From an uncultured Oscillospiraceae bacterium (GTDB lineage: Bacteria; Bacillota; Clostridia; Oscillospirales; Ruminococcaceae): DNA of 44,555 nt. The notes beneath the pieces are model-generated. The model did not search any database. It saw only the letters and a list, made by a program, of their open reading frames with translations, and was not told the origin of the DNA. Position numbers and translations under genes: made by a program. The stretch covers positions 1-44,555 of the forward strand of contig CAYJGP010000001.1 of assembly GCA_964369435.1 (NCBI GenBank), read 5' to 3'. Positions 33,611 to 42,100 of this stretch are shown in pieces (position 1 is the stretch's first letter; each line of letters opens with the position of its first letter).

Positions 33611-34982
33611 TGTATTAAAGCTCGCCTTTAAAAACTTCGGCAGAAGAAAAGCTCGAAGTGTCCTGACGATACTCGGTGTTGTTATAGGTACTATGGCGGT
33701 TGTGATAATGATATCAATAGGTCAGGGTCTTTCGCATTCGATGATGGAACAGTTTGAAAGTTTTGGCAGTCTTAATGAGGTCACTGTCCGCAAAGGGTGG
33801 GACGAAGCATCACAAGATGTTTATCTTGATGATGACCTCCTAGAGGCTATCCGTATGATGCCACAGGTGGATAATGTGCTCGGTAAAAAGAGCTACTCAG
33901 CGCTTATTATAAACGGCAAAGAGCAGGCTTGGGCTCAACTTTACGGTGTTGACCCTGAGAGTTACGACGCTCTCGGTAAAGATTTTTATCAGGGTGACGG
34001 TATTCTCACAGGCAGTGGTAACAGGATAGTTCTAAGCTATACCTCACTGTTCGAGTTCCAAAATCCAAACAAAGACTATGAATGGAAACAACCGCAAGAC
34101 GAAGAGGGCAACTGGTTGCCACCACCGTTCGATCCATTTGATACAACACTAAAACTAACATTTGATACAAATTATGGTTATGGCGCAATCTCATCAAGAC
34201 CTAAGATGTATACACTTGAAGTAGTCGGAATTTCAGAGCCCGGTTGGACTAATGACAGCTGGAACAGCTATATGTCTATCGAAACGCTTGAAAAGTTATA
34301 TAAAGACTATGAGAGAACTCTACCACCAGACCAACAAGGTCAAGGTAGCGGTGGGGATACAGTATATTATAGCGATTATGGTGTAATGAGTTATTCGAGC
34401 AGTGGTAGTAGTTCTTCAGGACAGAATAAAGATAAGTACGATGAGATTGTTGTAAACGTCCCTGATACCGAAGATGTTTTAGATGTTCAGAATACACTAA
34501 CCGAGATGGGTTATCAGGCGAATAGTAACATGGAATATATCGAACAGACACAAGAACAGATGGCGCTTATCCAGCTAATACTTGGTGGTATAGGAGCTAT
34601 TGCGTTCCTTGTTGCAGCACTTGGTATTGCGAATACCATGATAATGTCTATCTATGAGCGAACAAAAGAGATAGGTATTATGAAAGTTATCGGCTGTAAA
34701 CTTGGAAACCTACGCTCACTGTTCCTTACAGAGGCGGCTATTATAGGTTTTCTCGGCGGTATTGTCGGTGTTGGACTAAGCTATGCTATTTCAAACGTTA
34801 TAAATTCGGTTGCGAGCGGCGGAATGTCTGGAATGGGAACAGGCTCAACCGTTTCAATAATTCCACTTTGGCTTGCTCTTGCAGGAATAGCGATTTCAAC
34901 ATTTGTCGGCATTGTTTCGGGAACATATCCCGCTATTCGTGCTACAAGGCTATCGGCTATTGAAGCTATCAGAAATGAGTAA
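33597..34982 (+). CDS. ABC transporter permease, MacB/FtsX family with a large extracytoplasmic domain
   Basis: It has an N-terminal TM segment, an extracytoplasmic domain of about 290 aa, and a C-terminal FtsX-type 3-TM bundle (IGIMKVIGCKLGNLRSLFLTEA). Confidence 0.9.
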   Translation: MKKIDVLKLAFKNFGRRKARSVLTILGVVIGTMAVVIMISIGQGLSHSMMEQFESFGSLNEVTVRKGWDEASQDVYLDDDLLEAIRMMPQVDNVLGKKSYSALIINGKEQAWAQLYGVDPESYDALGKDFYQGDGILTGSGNRIVLSYTSLFEFQNPNKDYEWKQPQDEEGNWLPPPFDPFDTTLKLTFDTNYGYGAISSRPKMYTLEVVGISEPGWTNDSWNSYMSIETLEKLYKDYERTLPPDQQGQGSGGDTVYYSDYGVMSYSSSGSSSSGQNKDKYDEIVVNVPDTEDVLDVQNTLTEMGYQANSNMEYIEQTQEQMALIQLILGGIGAIAFLVAALGIANTMIMSIYERTKEIGIMKVIGCKLGNLRSLFLTEAAIIGFLGGIVGVGLSYAISNVINSVASGGMSGMGTGSTVSIIPLWLALAGIAISTFVGIVSGTYPAIRATRLSAIEAIRNE

Positions 34983-34996
34983 AAGTTAGTTTATAT

Positions 34997-35026
34997 AAAA
35001 AGCGATGTGATTACACATCGCTTTTT
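34997..35026 (+). terminator. Intrinsic terminator of the ABC operon
   Basis: AAAAAGCGATGTG-ATTA-CACATCGCTTTTT. Confidence 0.85.
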
Positions 35027-35138
35027 ACTTTTGTTTAAGGTTAAATTTATTTTGTTTTCTCTACACTATCGAGTAACAACTTTAAGTTTTGCATCTTTTG
35101 AGTATAAGAGTTTTTTGATAAAGGTATAGAGGCTAGGG

Positions 35139-35233
35139 CACTGCCCGCCCGCTATGGCGAACTTTCAGTTCGCCGTTGTCGAGCGAGACTCGACCAAACG
35201 CACTTTTAGTGCGTTTATTGCGGGCGGGCAGTG
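35139..35233. other. GC-rich four-way-junction (cloverleaf-like) inverted-repeat element C
   Basis: The outer 14-bp perfect stem CACTGCCCGCCCGC/GCGGGCGGGCAGTG encloses three perfect hairpins with 5-nt loops: GGCGAAC/GTTCGCC (35156-35174), GTCGAG/CTCGAC (35178-35194) and AAACGCAC/GTGCGTTT (35196-35216). GC is about 59% by hand count. Confidence 0.65.
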
Positions 35234-35269
35234 ACAAGAGCGCAGAATTTAAAACAAAATTGAACTTTA

Positions 35270-35298
35270 TTGACAGTAACTTAAAACTGTGATATCAT
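35270..35298 (+). promoter_or_regulatory. Sigma-70-type promoter of padR-MFS
   Basis: TTGACA-N17-TATCAT. Confidence 0.7.
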
Positions 35299-35329
35299 TA
35301 TATCGAAAATCGATATCGCATTTCGATAT
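35291..35329 (+). promoter_or_regulatory. Array of ATATCG/CGATAT half-sites (putative PadR operator) overlapping the -10 box and transcription start
   Basis: GATATC sits at 35291-35296. ATATCGA-AAA-TCGATAT spans 35300-35316 and ATATCG-CATTT-CGATAT spans 35313-35329. Confidence 0.55.
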
Positions 35330-35359
35330 TAAATAAAATTAATAAATATAAGGAGAATT

Positions 35360-35662
35360 ATGGATAATCAAGTACTTAGAAAATTGTTTTTAGGGTTTAT
35401 ACAAATTCATATTTTGCACCATGCAAAAGAGAAACCTATTTTTGGCTCATTTATGATTGAGGAGTTGCGCTCGCATGGTTACGATATAAGCCCTGGAACG
35501 CTCTATCCGATTTTTCATAATTTAGAGAAATCAGGACAGTTGTTATCAGAGCGTAAGAAATATCAAGGTAAAATCCGTAAATACTACACAATTACAAAAA
35601 AAGGCGAAGAGACACTGATTGAAGCGCGCAAAAAGATTAAGGAGTTGACAGGTGAGCTATGA
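35360..35662 (+). CDS. PadR-family transcriptional regulator
   Basis: ILHHAKEKPIFGSFMIEELRSHGYDISPGTLYPIFHNLEKSG...RKYYTITKKGE is a winged-helix PadR signature. Confidence 0.9.
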   Translation: MDNQVLRKLFLGFIQIHILHHAKEKPIFGSFMIEELRSHGYDISPGTLYPIFHNLEKSGQLLSERKKYQGKIRKYYTITKKGEETLIEARKKIKELTGEL

Positions 35663-36900
35663 GTTCGAAGATACAAAAAGATATTTTAAGAGACTTTCAA
35701 GTAAAGAAATTTTGTCTTTATGGATTTCTAAAAAACTTGAAGTTTTTTGAGCCGTATTTGATAATCTATCTGATGAGCAAAGGTATTAACCTTTTTCAGT
35801 TGGGTATATTGATTGCAGCTCGAGAGGTAATTGTGAATATTTTCGAGATTCCCTCAGGGTTTATCGCAGACTATTTCGGAAGAAAAAAAGAGTTATATTT
35901 TTGTTTTGGATTTTATATAGCTTCGTTTGTTTTTTTCTTTTTAACAAACGGTTTTTTTCTCGCAACGTGCGGTATGGTATTCTTCGGGCTTGGAGAGGCA
36001 TTTCGCTCGGGAACGCATAAGGCGATGATATATTCATACTTAGATGAAAAAGGTTGGCAAGATGAAAAGACATTTGTATATGGTAGAACGAGGTCGTTTT
36101 CGCTTATTGGAAGTGCGCTCAGCAGCTTAGTAGGAATTTTTTTAATCCTTGCAGTTCCTTCAGATAGCTATATATTTCTCTTTTCGGTAGTGCCATACAT
36201 ATTAGATTTATTTCTTATAATGAGTTACCCTGCCTTTTTAGATATTGCCGATAAAAAGCACGAAATGACTATCAAAGAGATGGCAACGGCACTTTTTCAA
36301 AGTTTCAGATTAAATATAAATCTCAGAAACCTGTTAGTTGAAGAGGGGATGTCGGAGGCTGCCTTTTCATACGTAAAGGATTTAATTCAACCGATTATCG
36401 AGGCAATAATCGTCACAAGTGGGTTTGTGGTGATAACATCGGTAACGGTTGAGGATAATCTAAAAATCGTACTGGGTCTTACCTATGCAATTCTAAATAT
36501 TGTCGGCTCCTATTTTTCAAAAAAAGCATACATTATTAAAGGGTCAAGAACAAGTGCTAACTGCTTGTTTATCGCACATATTGGATACAGCGCACTCTTT
36601 TTATTACTAGCGCTTTTCACGAAGATGTATATAATTGTTTTTGTATTATATCTGTTTATCTTTATATTAAACAACGTTCGCAAACCAATATTCGTTGATG
36701 AAATAGATAACAACATAGAAAAATCAAGTAGAGCGACGATTATAAGCGCCTCGGCACAGCTAAAGTCGTTATTCCTTATGGTATTTGCACCAGTTCTGGG
36801 TTTTGTAGCAGATAAAACCGGATTTAGTTTGGTTATGGTTATACTGGCAATTATTTTTGCAATAACAATACCACTGCTTTTGCGAAAATCAAATGGTTAA
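35659..36900 (+). CDS. MFS-type transporter
   Basis: It has about 12 TM segments, a loop GRKK motif after TM2, and an ATGA overlap with padR. Confidence 0.8.
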   Translation: MSSKIQKDILRDFQVKKFCLYGFLKNLKFFEPYLIIYLMSKGINLFQLGILIAAREVIVNIFEIPSGFIADYFGRKKELYFCFGFYIASFVFFFLTNGFFLATCGMVFFGLGEAFRSGTHKAMIYSYLDEKGWQDEKTFVYGRTRSFSLIGSALSSLVGIFLILAVPSDSYIFLFSVVPYILDLFLIMSYPAFLDIADKKHEMTIKEMATALFQSFRLNINLRNLLVEEGMSEAAFSYVKDLIQPIIEAIIVTSGFVVITSVTVEDNLKIVLGLTYAILNIVGSYFSKKAYIIKGSRTSANCLFIAHIGYSALFLLLALFTKMYIIVFVLYLFIFILNNVRKPIFVDEIDNNIEKSSRATIISASAQLKSLFLMVFAPVLGFVADKTGFSLVMVILAIIFAITIPLLLRKSNG

Positions 36901-36904
36901 AAAC

Positions 36905-36934
36905 AAAAAACGATGTGTTAACACATCGTTTTTT
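36905..36934. terminator. Bidirectional intrinsic terminator shared by the MFS gene and the convergent yfhO-family gene
   Basis: AAAAAACGATGTG-TTAA-CACATCGTTTTTT. Confidence 0.85.
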
Positions 36935-36954
36935 GTTTTGTGCATGAGTATTAA

Positions 36955-39261
36955 TTAAGATTTTCCTCTTTTTCTCTTGCTACGTTTTAAAATAAACATA
37001 ATTATAATATAAACTATAAAAATTACAAGAGAGACAGCTGAAACAATCATTCCAACCTGAAGTCCCGGCGCTAAATATTCAAACACTATAGTGCTCTCTC
37101 CAGCAGGGCAGAATACAGCGCTCATGCCGCTTGAAACCTTAAGGACTTCTGTTTCAACACCATTTATATAAGCTGTAAATCCTTCATCGTATGGCACCGA
37201 GAAGAAGATAAGATTATCGCGTGTCGCTACAATATCATAGGTAAATCCTTTTTGAGTCTCGGTGAAAGTACCTGTTGCAGTTTCTTGTAGTGCTAAGGTA
37301 TCGGTATAATAGTCGCTTTCACTCGTCATATAAAAAGCATCCTCTGGGAGTGGTGAGAGGTATTCTGAGTATCGTTCTACCTGCTCATCATCAAGAACAA
37401 TTGCCTTTAGCAGAATATGAGGTCTTGCACTTTCAGCGAGGTCCTCATACTGCTGTGTGGTTATATAGTAGTCGTAGCTAAATCCCATTGGAAGGTAGTA
37501 TTCATTTTCATAGATGGTGTAAACCCCTTGTTCATCTATCTTTGTAAAGCCTGGAACATCGTAGTTTTCATCCTCGCCCACAACAGCATATCTTACCGAG
37601 AGTAGGGCCCTGAGAGGATAGATTGATGGGTCGGGTTTTGATGAGACATCTCGTTTAACGCCAACAGATGGGTAAAACTCCATTATCGACGGTGGAACAA
37701 CAGTGTTAAACGAGCGAATAGAGGGTTTGCGAAGTATTAGTCCTAAATTGTCTTCGGTGTCGATTGTATCAATTCGGTAAAATTCATCTTCAACAGGAAA
37801 GGTTATCTCTGCATTTAGGGTGTGTTCGATATAGTAATTATCGCCATCTAAATCCATCTTAGAGCCGCCCATATGAATAGTGGCGAAAACAACTGAAACA
37901 ATCATGACAAGAGCTATAGAGCGCTTATAAGCCCGTTTGCCGTTTATCCGAAGTTCAATTAAAATAGCCATAAAGATAAGGCATAGGAATGAAACTGAAA
38001 TAGATGCCCAAAGCTTTGCTGGATCATCTGCAAGCTCGAAGAAGACAAGTTCACCGTCGACATATTTCGGGGCTATGCCTATGAGCGAGAAGAAGATAAC
38101 AAACAGCGCTGTTTTAGTGAAAGCTCGCTTAAATGATGCCGCCTCGAAATTCTCAAACGCTATAACGGTTACAAGTGCCATAATTAATATAGCCATATAA
38201 TACCATCGTGCGTACCAGCTGTGGTTTAATGCGAAGAAGAAGGAATTTAAGAATGGGACAAGCGCCATAACAGCGAGGACTTTGAGCAAAGTGGATAGGA
38301 AGCTTTTGCGGAATCTATCGAGAAATGCAAAGAGACCTACAGTTGTGAAAACAGGTAAAAATGCCGAGAGTGAGCTCCATTTGACGTTTGAGTCAGGGAA
38401 GAAGTTTAGCGAATATGCGGTATCTGGCATAAAGAAGAGAGAGTGGAGAATAGCACCATACTTCTGGGCATTTCCGTAGAAGAACATATTATAACCGTTC
38501 ATTATAGTTTCGGTTCTAGGGTTTCCTGTGACAGCAAGAACTGCCGGCAGAAACAGGATAAGTGCCATTCCAAAACCAATCATAGCCTCAAATGCAATGG
38601 TGAGAAATTTTTTAAAGGTAATCCCTCTTTTAACTGCAAGGCGAACAAAGAAATAAATTGCTACGAAAACAACCTGTCCGATAAAGAAGAAGTAGTTGTT
38701 AAAGGCATTTAGCATAACAGCAAATGCAAAAATTCCTCGTCTATCCTCTTCAATTAGCATTTCAATACCTAGCAGTAGTAGTGGGAATAGTGCGATAACA
38801 TCAAGGAAGTTGTTGAAGAAAACGTTGTATATCGAGAAACCAGAAAATGTATAGAGCATAGCTCCAAGCACTGCGGTGCGTGAGTCTTTAACAAATCTTG
38901 TGATATAGGCATAGCTTGTGAGTGCTGCAACGCCAAATTTTAATATGAGCAGCGGCGCCATAATATAGGGTATTATATGGGTTGGGAATAAAAGCGCTGG
39001 CAAAAAAAAGATGCTACCAACAAAATAGAAAGAATAGGTGCCGATAAAGTTCGAGCCAAGGTCGGTTAGAAAATCGAAATAAATTTTCCCCTCTCTTATC
39101 TGTTCTGCTCCATGCATATAGAAGGGGATCTGCTGAGCATTAAAGTCTCCAGCATAGATAAAATAACCACCGTTATAGATTATAAACGGCACAAATATAC
39201 AAGACGCCGTTAAAATAGCAAGAAAAAATACCTGCAAATATCTCTCTTTTTTATTAAGCAA
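36955..39261 (-). CDS. YfhO-family GT-C membrane glycosyltransferase-like protein
   Basis: The N-terminus FIYAGDFNAQQIPFYMH matches YfhO. It has many TM segments, a large C-terminal extracytoplasmic domain and a terminal TM segment. The TTG start follows AAGGAG. Confidence 0.85.
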   Translation of the reverse strand: MLNKKERYLQVFFLAILTASCIFVPFIIYNGGYFIYAGDFNAQQIPFYMHGAEQIREGKIYFDFLTDLGSNFIGTYSFYFVGSIFFLPALLFPTHIIPYIMAPLLILKFGVAALTSYAYITRFVKDSRTAVLGAMLYTFSGFSIYNVFFNNFLDVIALFPLLLLGIEMLIEEDRRGIFAFAVMLNAFNNYFFFIGQVVFVAIYFFVRLAVKRGITFKKFLTIAFEAMIGFGMALILFLPAVLAVTGNPRTETIMNGYNMFFYGNAQKYGAILHSLFFMPDTAYSLNFFPDSNVKWSSLSAFLPVFTTVGLFAFLDRFRKSFLSTLLKVLAVMALVPFLNSFFFALNHSWYARWYYMAILIMALVTVIAFENFEAASFKRAFTKTALFVIFFSLIGIAPKYVDGELVFFELADDPAKLWASISVSFLCLIFMAILIELRINGKRAYKRSIALVMIVSVVFATIHMGGSKMDLDGDNYYIEHTLNAEITFPVEDEFYRIDTIDTEDNLGLILRKPSIRSFNTVVPPSIMEFYPSVGVKRDVSSKPDPSIYPLRALLSVRYAVVGEDENYDVPGFTKIDEQGVYTIYENEYYLPMGFSYDYYITTQQYEDLAESARPHILLKAIVLDDEQVERYSEYLSPLPEDAFYMTSESDYYTDTLALQETATGTFTETQKGFTYDIVATRDNLIFFSVPYDEGFTAYINGVETEVLKVSSGMSAVFCPAGESTIVFEYLAPGLQVGMIVSAVSLVIFIVYIIIMFILKRSKRKRGKS

Positions 39262-39533
39262 ATCAGCTCACTCCTTTATAATTAAACAGAAAAATAAAAC
39301 ACAAAGTCTGTGTAAATTTAAATTTAGTTTAGCTGCTGTGAAAAACAGCCTTTTGAAAAAACACCTATAATTATGAGGTTTATTTTCACCTATCTATTGT
39401 ACCAAAAATTGCAAAATTTCACAATTAAAATACAAAAGAAATTTTATTTATCAGAGCGGTGTGGACAACAAGTTGATTTTATTGTAAAATCATTGTAGAC
39501 AATTTAGATATTTTAAAGTTTTGCGAGGTAGAA

Positions 39534-40106
39534 GTGGTGAAAAGTAACTTTTTTGCGATGATAATGAGGATGAAATATATAAACAGGTGGGGTCTTATGA
39601 AAAACACCACCCCAGAGTCACTCTCGCTGCATACCCTAGATACGACGATTATAGCAGATATGCTATGGGCGTTGTGTAAAAAAAACGGGAAAATATTCGA
39701 TAGAGGAGAGTTTTTATCAGCGGCACTCTACCATGATGCCCCTGAAATTTTAACAGGTGATCTTCCAACCCCTGTGAAATACCTAAACCCTGAGATAAAG
39801 AAAGCCTATAAAGCGGTTGAGAAGACAGCGGAAGAGCGCCTTATAGATATGTTGCCGCCTGAAATAAAAGGAGATTTGCAAACTTCGTTTAAACCGTCAG
39901 CAGAGGTGAAGAGGTATATAAAGGTTGCAGACAAGCTCTCTGCGCTGATAAAATGCATAGAAGAGGAAAAGGCGGGGAACAGCGAGTTTAAAATAGCGAA
40001 AGATATGCAGATAAAAGCGATTACCGAGTCAGATATTCCAGAGGCTATAGAATTTATGGAACTTTTCATCGACGGTTTGTATAAAACACTCGATGAACTA
40101 AAATAG
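39534..40106 (+). CDS. HD-domain 5'-deoxynucleotidase (YfbR-like)
   Basis: NFFAMIMRMKYINRWGLMKN...SLSLHTL...YHDAPEILTGDLPTPVKY parallels E. coli YfbR. The start is GTG. Confidence 0.85.
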   Translation: MVKSNFFAMIMRMKYINRWGLMKNTTPESLSLHTLDTTIIADMLWALCKKNGKIFDRGEFLSAALYHDAPEILTGDLPTPVKYLNPEIKKAYKAVEKTAEERLIDMLPPEIKGDLQTSFKPSAEVKRYIKVADKLSALIKCIEEEKAGNSEFKIAKDMQIKAITESDIPEAIEFMELFIDGLYKTLDELK

Positions 40107-40114
40107 GAGAGAGA

Positions 40115-40696
40115 ATGAGTTATTTAGAGGAGCTTTGTGGCTATATCCCAAAAGATGAGGGAGAGGCAAAGGACAAAGAGGTTTTACAAAAATACATAAA
40201 AGATTTCGATAATCTACTAACCCGTGAAAACGAGTATGGACATATAACAGCAAGTGGTTTTATAATAAATAAAGATGCCACAAAGGTGCTTATGATTTAT
40301 CATAATATCTACGATAGTTGGGGATGGACAGGTGGCCATGCCGATGGTGATACCGATATGCTTTATGTAGCGATGAAAGAAGCTATGGAAGAGACGGGTA
40401 TTGAAAAGGTTACACCGCTAACAGGAGTGGTGGATTCGATAGATATCCTGCCTGTTTTTGGTCATTTTAAGAGAGGGAAATATATTTCTGCTCATCAACA
40501 TTTAAATTTCACATATATATTGATAGGTGATGAAAATCTACCTATAAGCCACAAGGTGGATGAGAATAGCGATGTTGCTTGGATTAAAAAAGAGGATATT
40601 GTGAAAACTGTCAGAGAGAAGGATATGATTCCTGTTTATTTAAAGCTTTTAGAGAGAGGAGAGAAATATATAGATGCTACAAGAAAGAAAAGTTAA
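40115..40696 (+). CDS. NUDIX hydrolase
   Basis: The Nudix box is GGHADGDTDMLYVAMKEAMEETGI. Confidence 0.85.
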   Translation: MSYLEELCGYIPKDEGEAKDKEVLQKYIKDFDNLLTRENEYGHITASGFIINKDATKVLMIYHNIYDSWGWTGGHADGDTDMLYVAMKEAMEETGIEKVTPLTGVVDSIDILPVFGHFKRGKYISAHQHLNFTYILIGDENLPISHKVDENSDVAWIKKEDIVKTVREKDMIPVYLKLLERGEKYIDATRKKS

Positions 40697-41573
40697 ACAA
40701 AGGGTAGCGGCAGTTTCCTGCGCATCACTAATAGTTGGAATTATTGTAACTATAATTATGGTTTTGGTTTTAGGTTTTCTAAACACAAGTCTTCCAACTG
40801 TTTTTCGTCCACTTGATAATAGCAATCTGCTTTTATATAATTTCTTTATTTCGCAAATTTTTTCAGGTGCTGTAATGATTGCTATGCATCTACCGTTTAA
40901 GCGATATAATTTTTCAATGGATAAAATGACGGTTAAAAGTTTTTTGAAATACACATGTATAGTTCTTGGAATAAGCCATCTTTTAAACTTCTTCACAACT
41001 TTTATAGTCATTCCTGTTCTTGATACCTTCTCAACAACATCAAGTGACCCGATTGACAGTTTAGTTACAAGCCAACCAGTGGGAATGCTAATTGCATTTG
41101 TAGTTATCCTAGGTCCTATTGCAGAAGAGCTTATCTTTCGCCAGGTGATACTATCAAGGCTTATGGTTATAGGGCAGAGAAATGCTATTATTTTGCAAGG
41201 TGTGCTTTTTGGGCTATACCATGCAAACTTGCACCAGTTTTTATATACAACAGGTATGGGTATAGTTCTCGGATATGTAACTGTTCGATTTGGCAGCTTT
41301 AAGTATGCAGTTTACATGCATATAATTATGAATTTTGCAGGCTCGATTGTTCCGCTGTTTATGTTAACCTCCGAAGCTTTAATTGCGATCTATGGACTAT
41401 TGATACTTGCAAATATCATTGCAGTTACAATTTATGTGGTGAAGAAACGAAATGCCGTTGCATTCTCTGATGATAATAAACCAAACAACAGCCTAACAGA
41501 TGCTTTAGCTTCACCGCTTGTTATAATTCCGCTTGTTCTATTAGTCGCCTATACTTTATTAAACAGTCTATAA
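40674..41573 (+). CDS. CPBP-family intramembrane metalloprotease (CAAX/Abi)
   Basis: Recognised motifs are AEELIFRQV, FGLYHAN and HIIMNF, within a polytopic protein. Confidence 0.85.
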   Translation: MLQERKVKQRVAAVSCASLIVGIIVTIIMVLVLGFLNTSLPTVFRPLDNSNLLLYNFFISQIFSGAVMIAMHLPFKRYNFSMDKMTVKSFLKYTCIVLGISHLLNFFTTFIVIPVLDTFSTTSSDPIDSLVTSQPVGMLIAFVVILGPIAEELIFRQVILSRLMVIGQRNAIILQGVLFGLYHANLHQFLYTTGMGIVLGYVTVRFGSFKYAVYMHIIMNFAGSIVPLFMLTSEALIAIYGLLILANIIAVTIYVVKKRNAVAFSDDNKPNNSLTDALASPLVIIPLVLLVAYTLLNSL

Positions 41574-41596
41574 AATATTTTTAAAGGAGCTTTATA

Positions 41597-42100
41597 ATGA
41601 TAAAAGAGATAAAAATAAATGAACTAACTGATAATTTTGTGAAACTAATCGAGAAAAACTGGTTTCTATTAGGCGTTTGCGATAAAGAAGGTCGCAAAAA
41701 TGCTATGACTGTATCTTGGGGAACCGTCGGCAGACTTTGGAATAAAGATGTTATTTCAGTTTTTGTGCGCCCTACGAGATATAGCTACGACCTCTGTGAA
41801 AACTCTGATATCTTCACCCTCTCGATGTGGGAGGCGGGCGATAAGCGCGATATGCTAGCTTTTATGGGAAAAGAGAGCGGCAGAAACTATGACAAATTTG
41901 AAAAATGCAACCTAAAAACATCAGTTAAAGATGGAGCGCTTTTAATTGCAGGGGCGAAGATGACGATAGTGATTAAAAAGTTATACCACCACGACTTTGA
42001 TCCGTCAAAATTCTTAGATGAAGCGATAGATAAAAACTATGATAATGATTATCACCGTGAATATGTCTGCGAAATTTTGGGGGTCTATATAGATGACTGA
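41597..42100 (+). CDS. Flavin reductase-like FMN-binding split-barrel protein
   Basis: NAMTVSWGTVGRLWNKDVISVFVRPTRYSYDL is typical of the flavin reductase-like domain. Confidence 0.7.
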   Translation: MIKEIKINELTDNFVKLIEKNWFLLGVCDKEGRKNAMTVSWGTVGRLWNKDVISVFVRPTRYSYDLCENSDIFTLSMWEAGDKRDMLAFMGKESGRNYDKFEKCNLKTSVKDGALLIAGAKMTIVIKKLYHHDFDPSKFLDEAIDKNYDNDYHREYVCEILGVYIDD

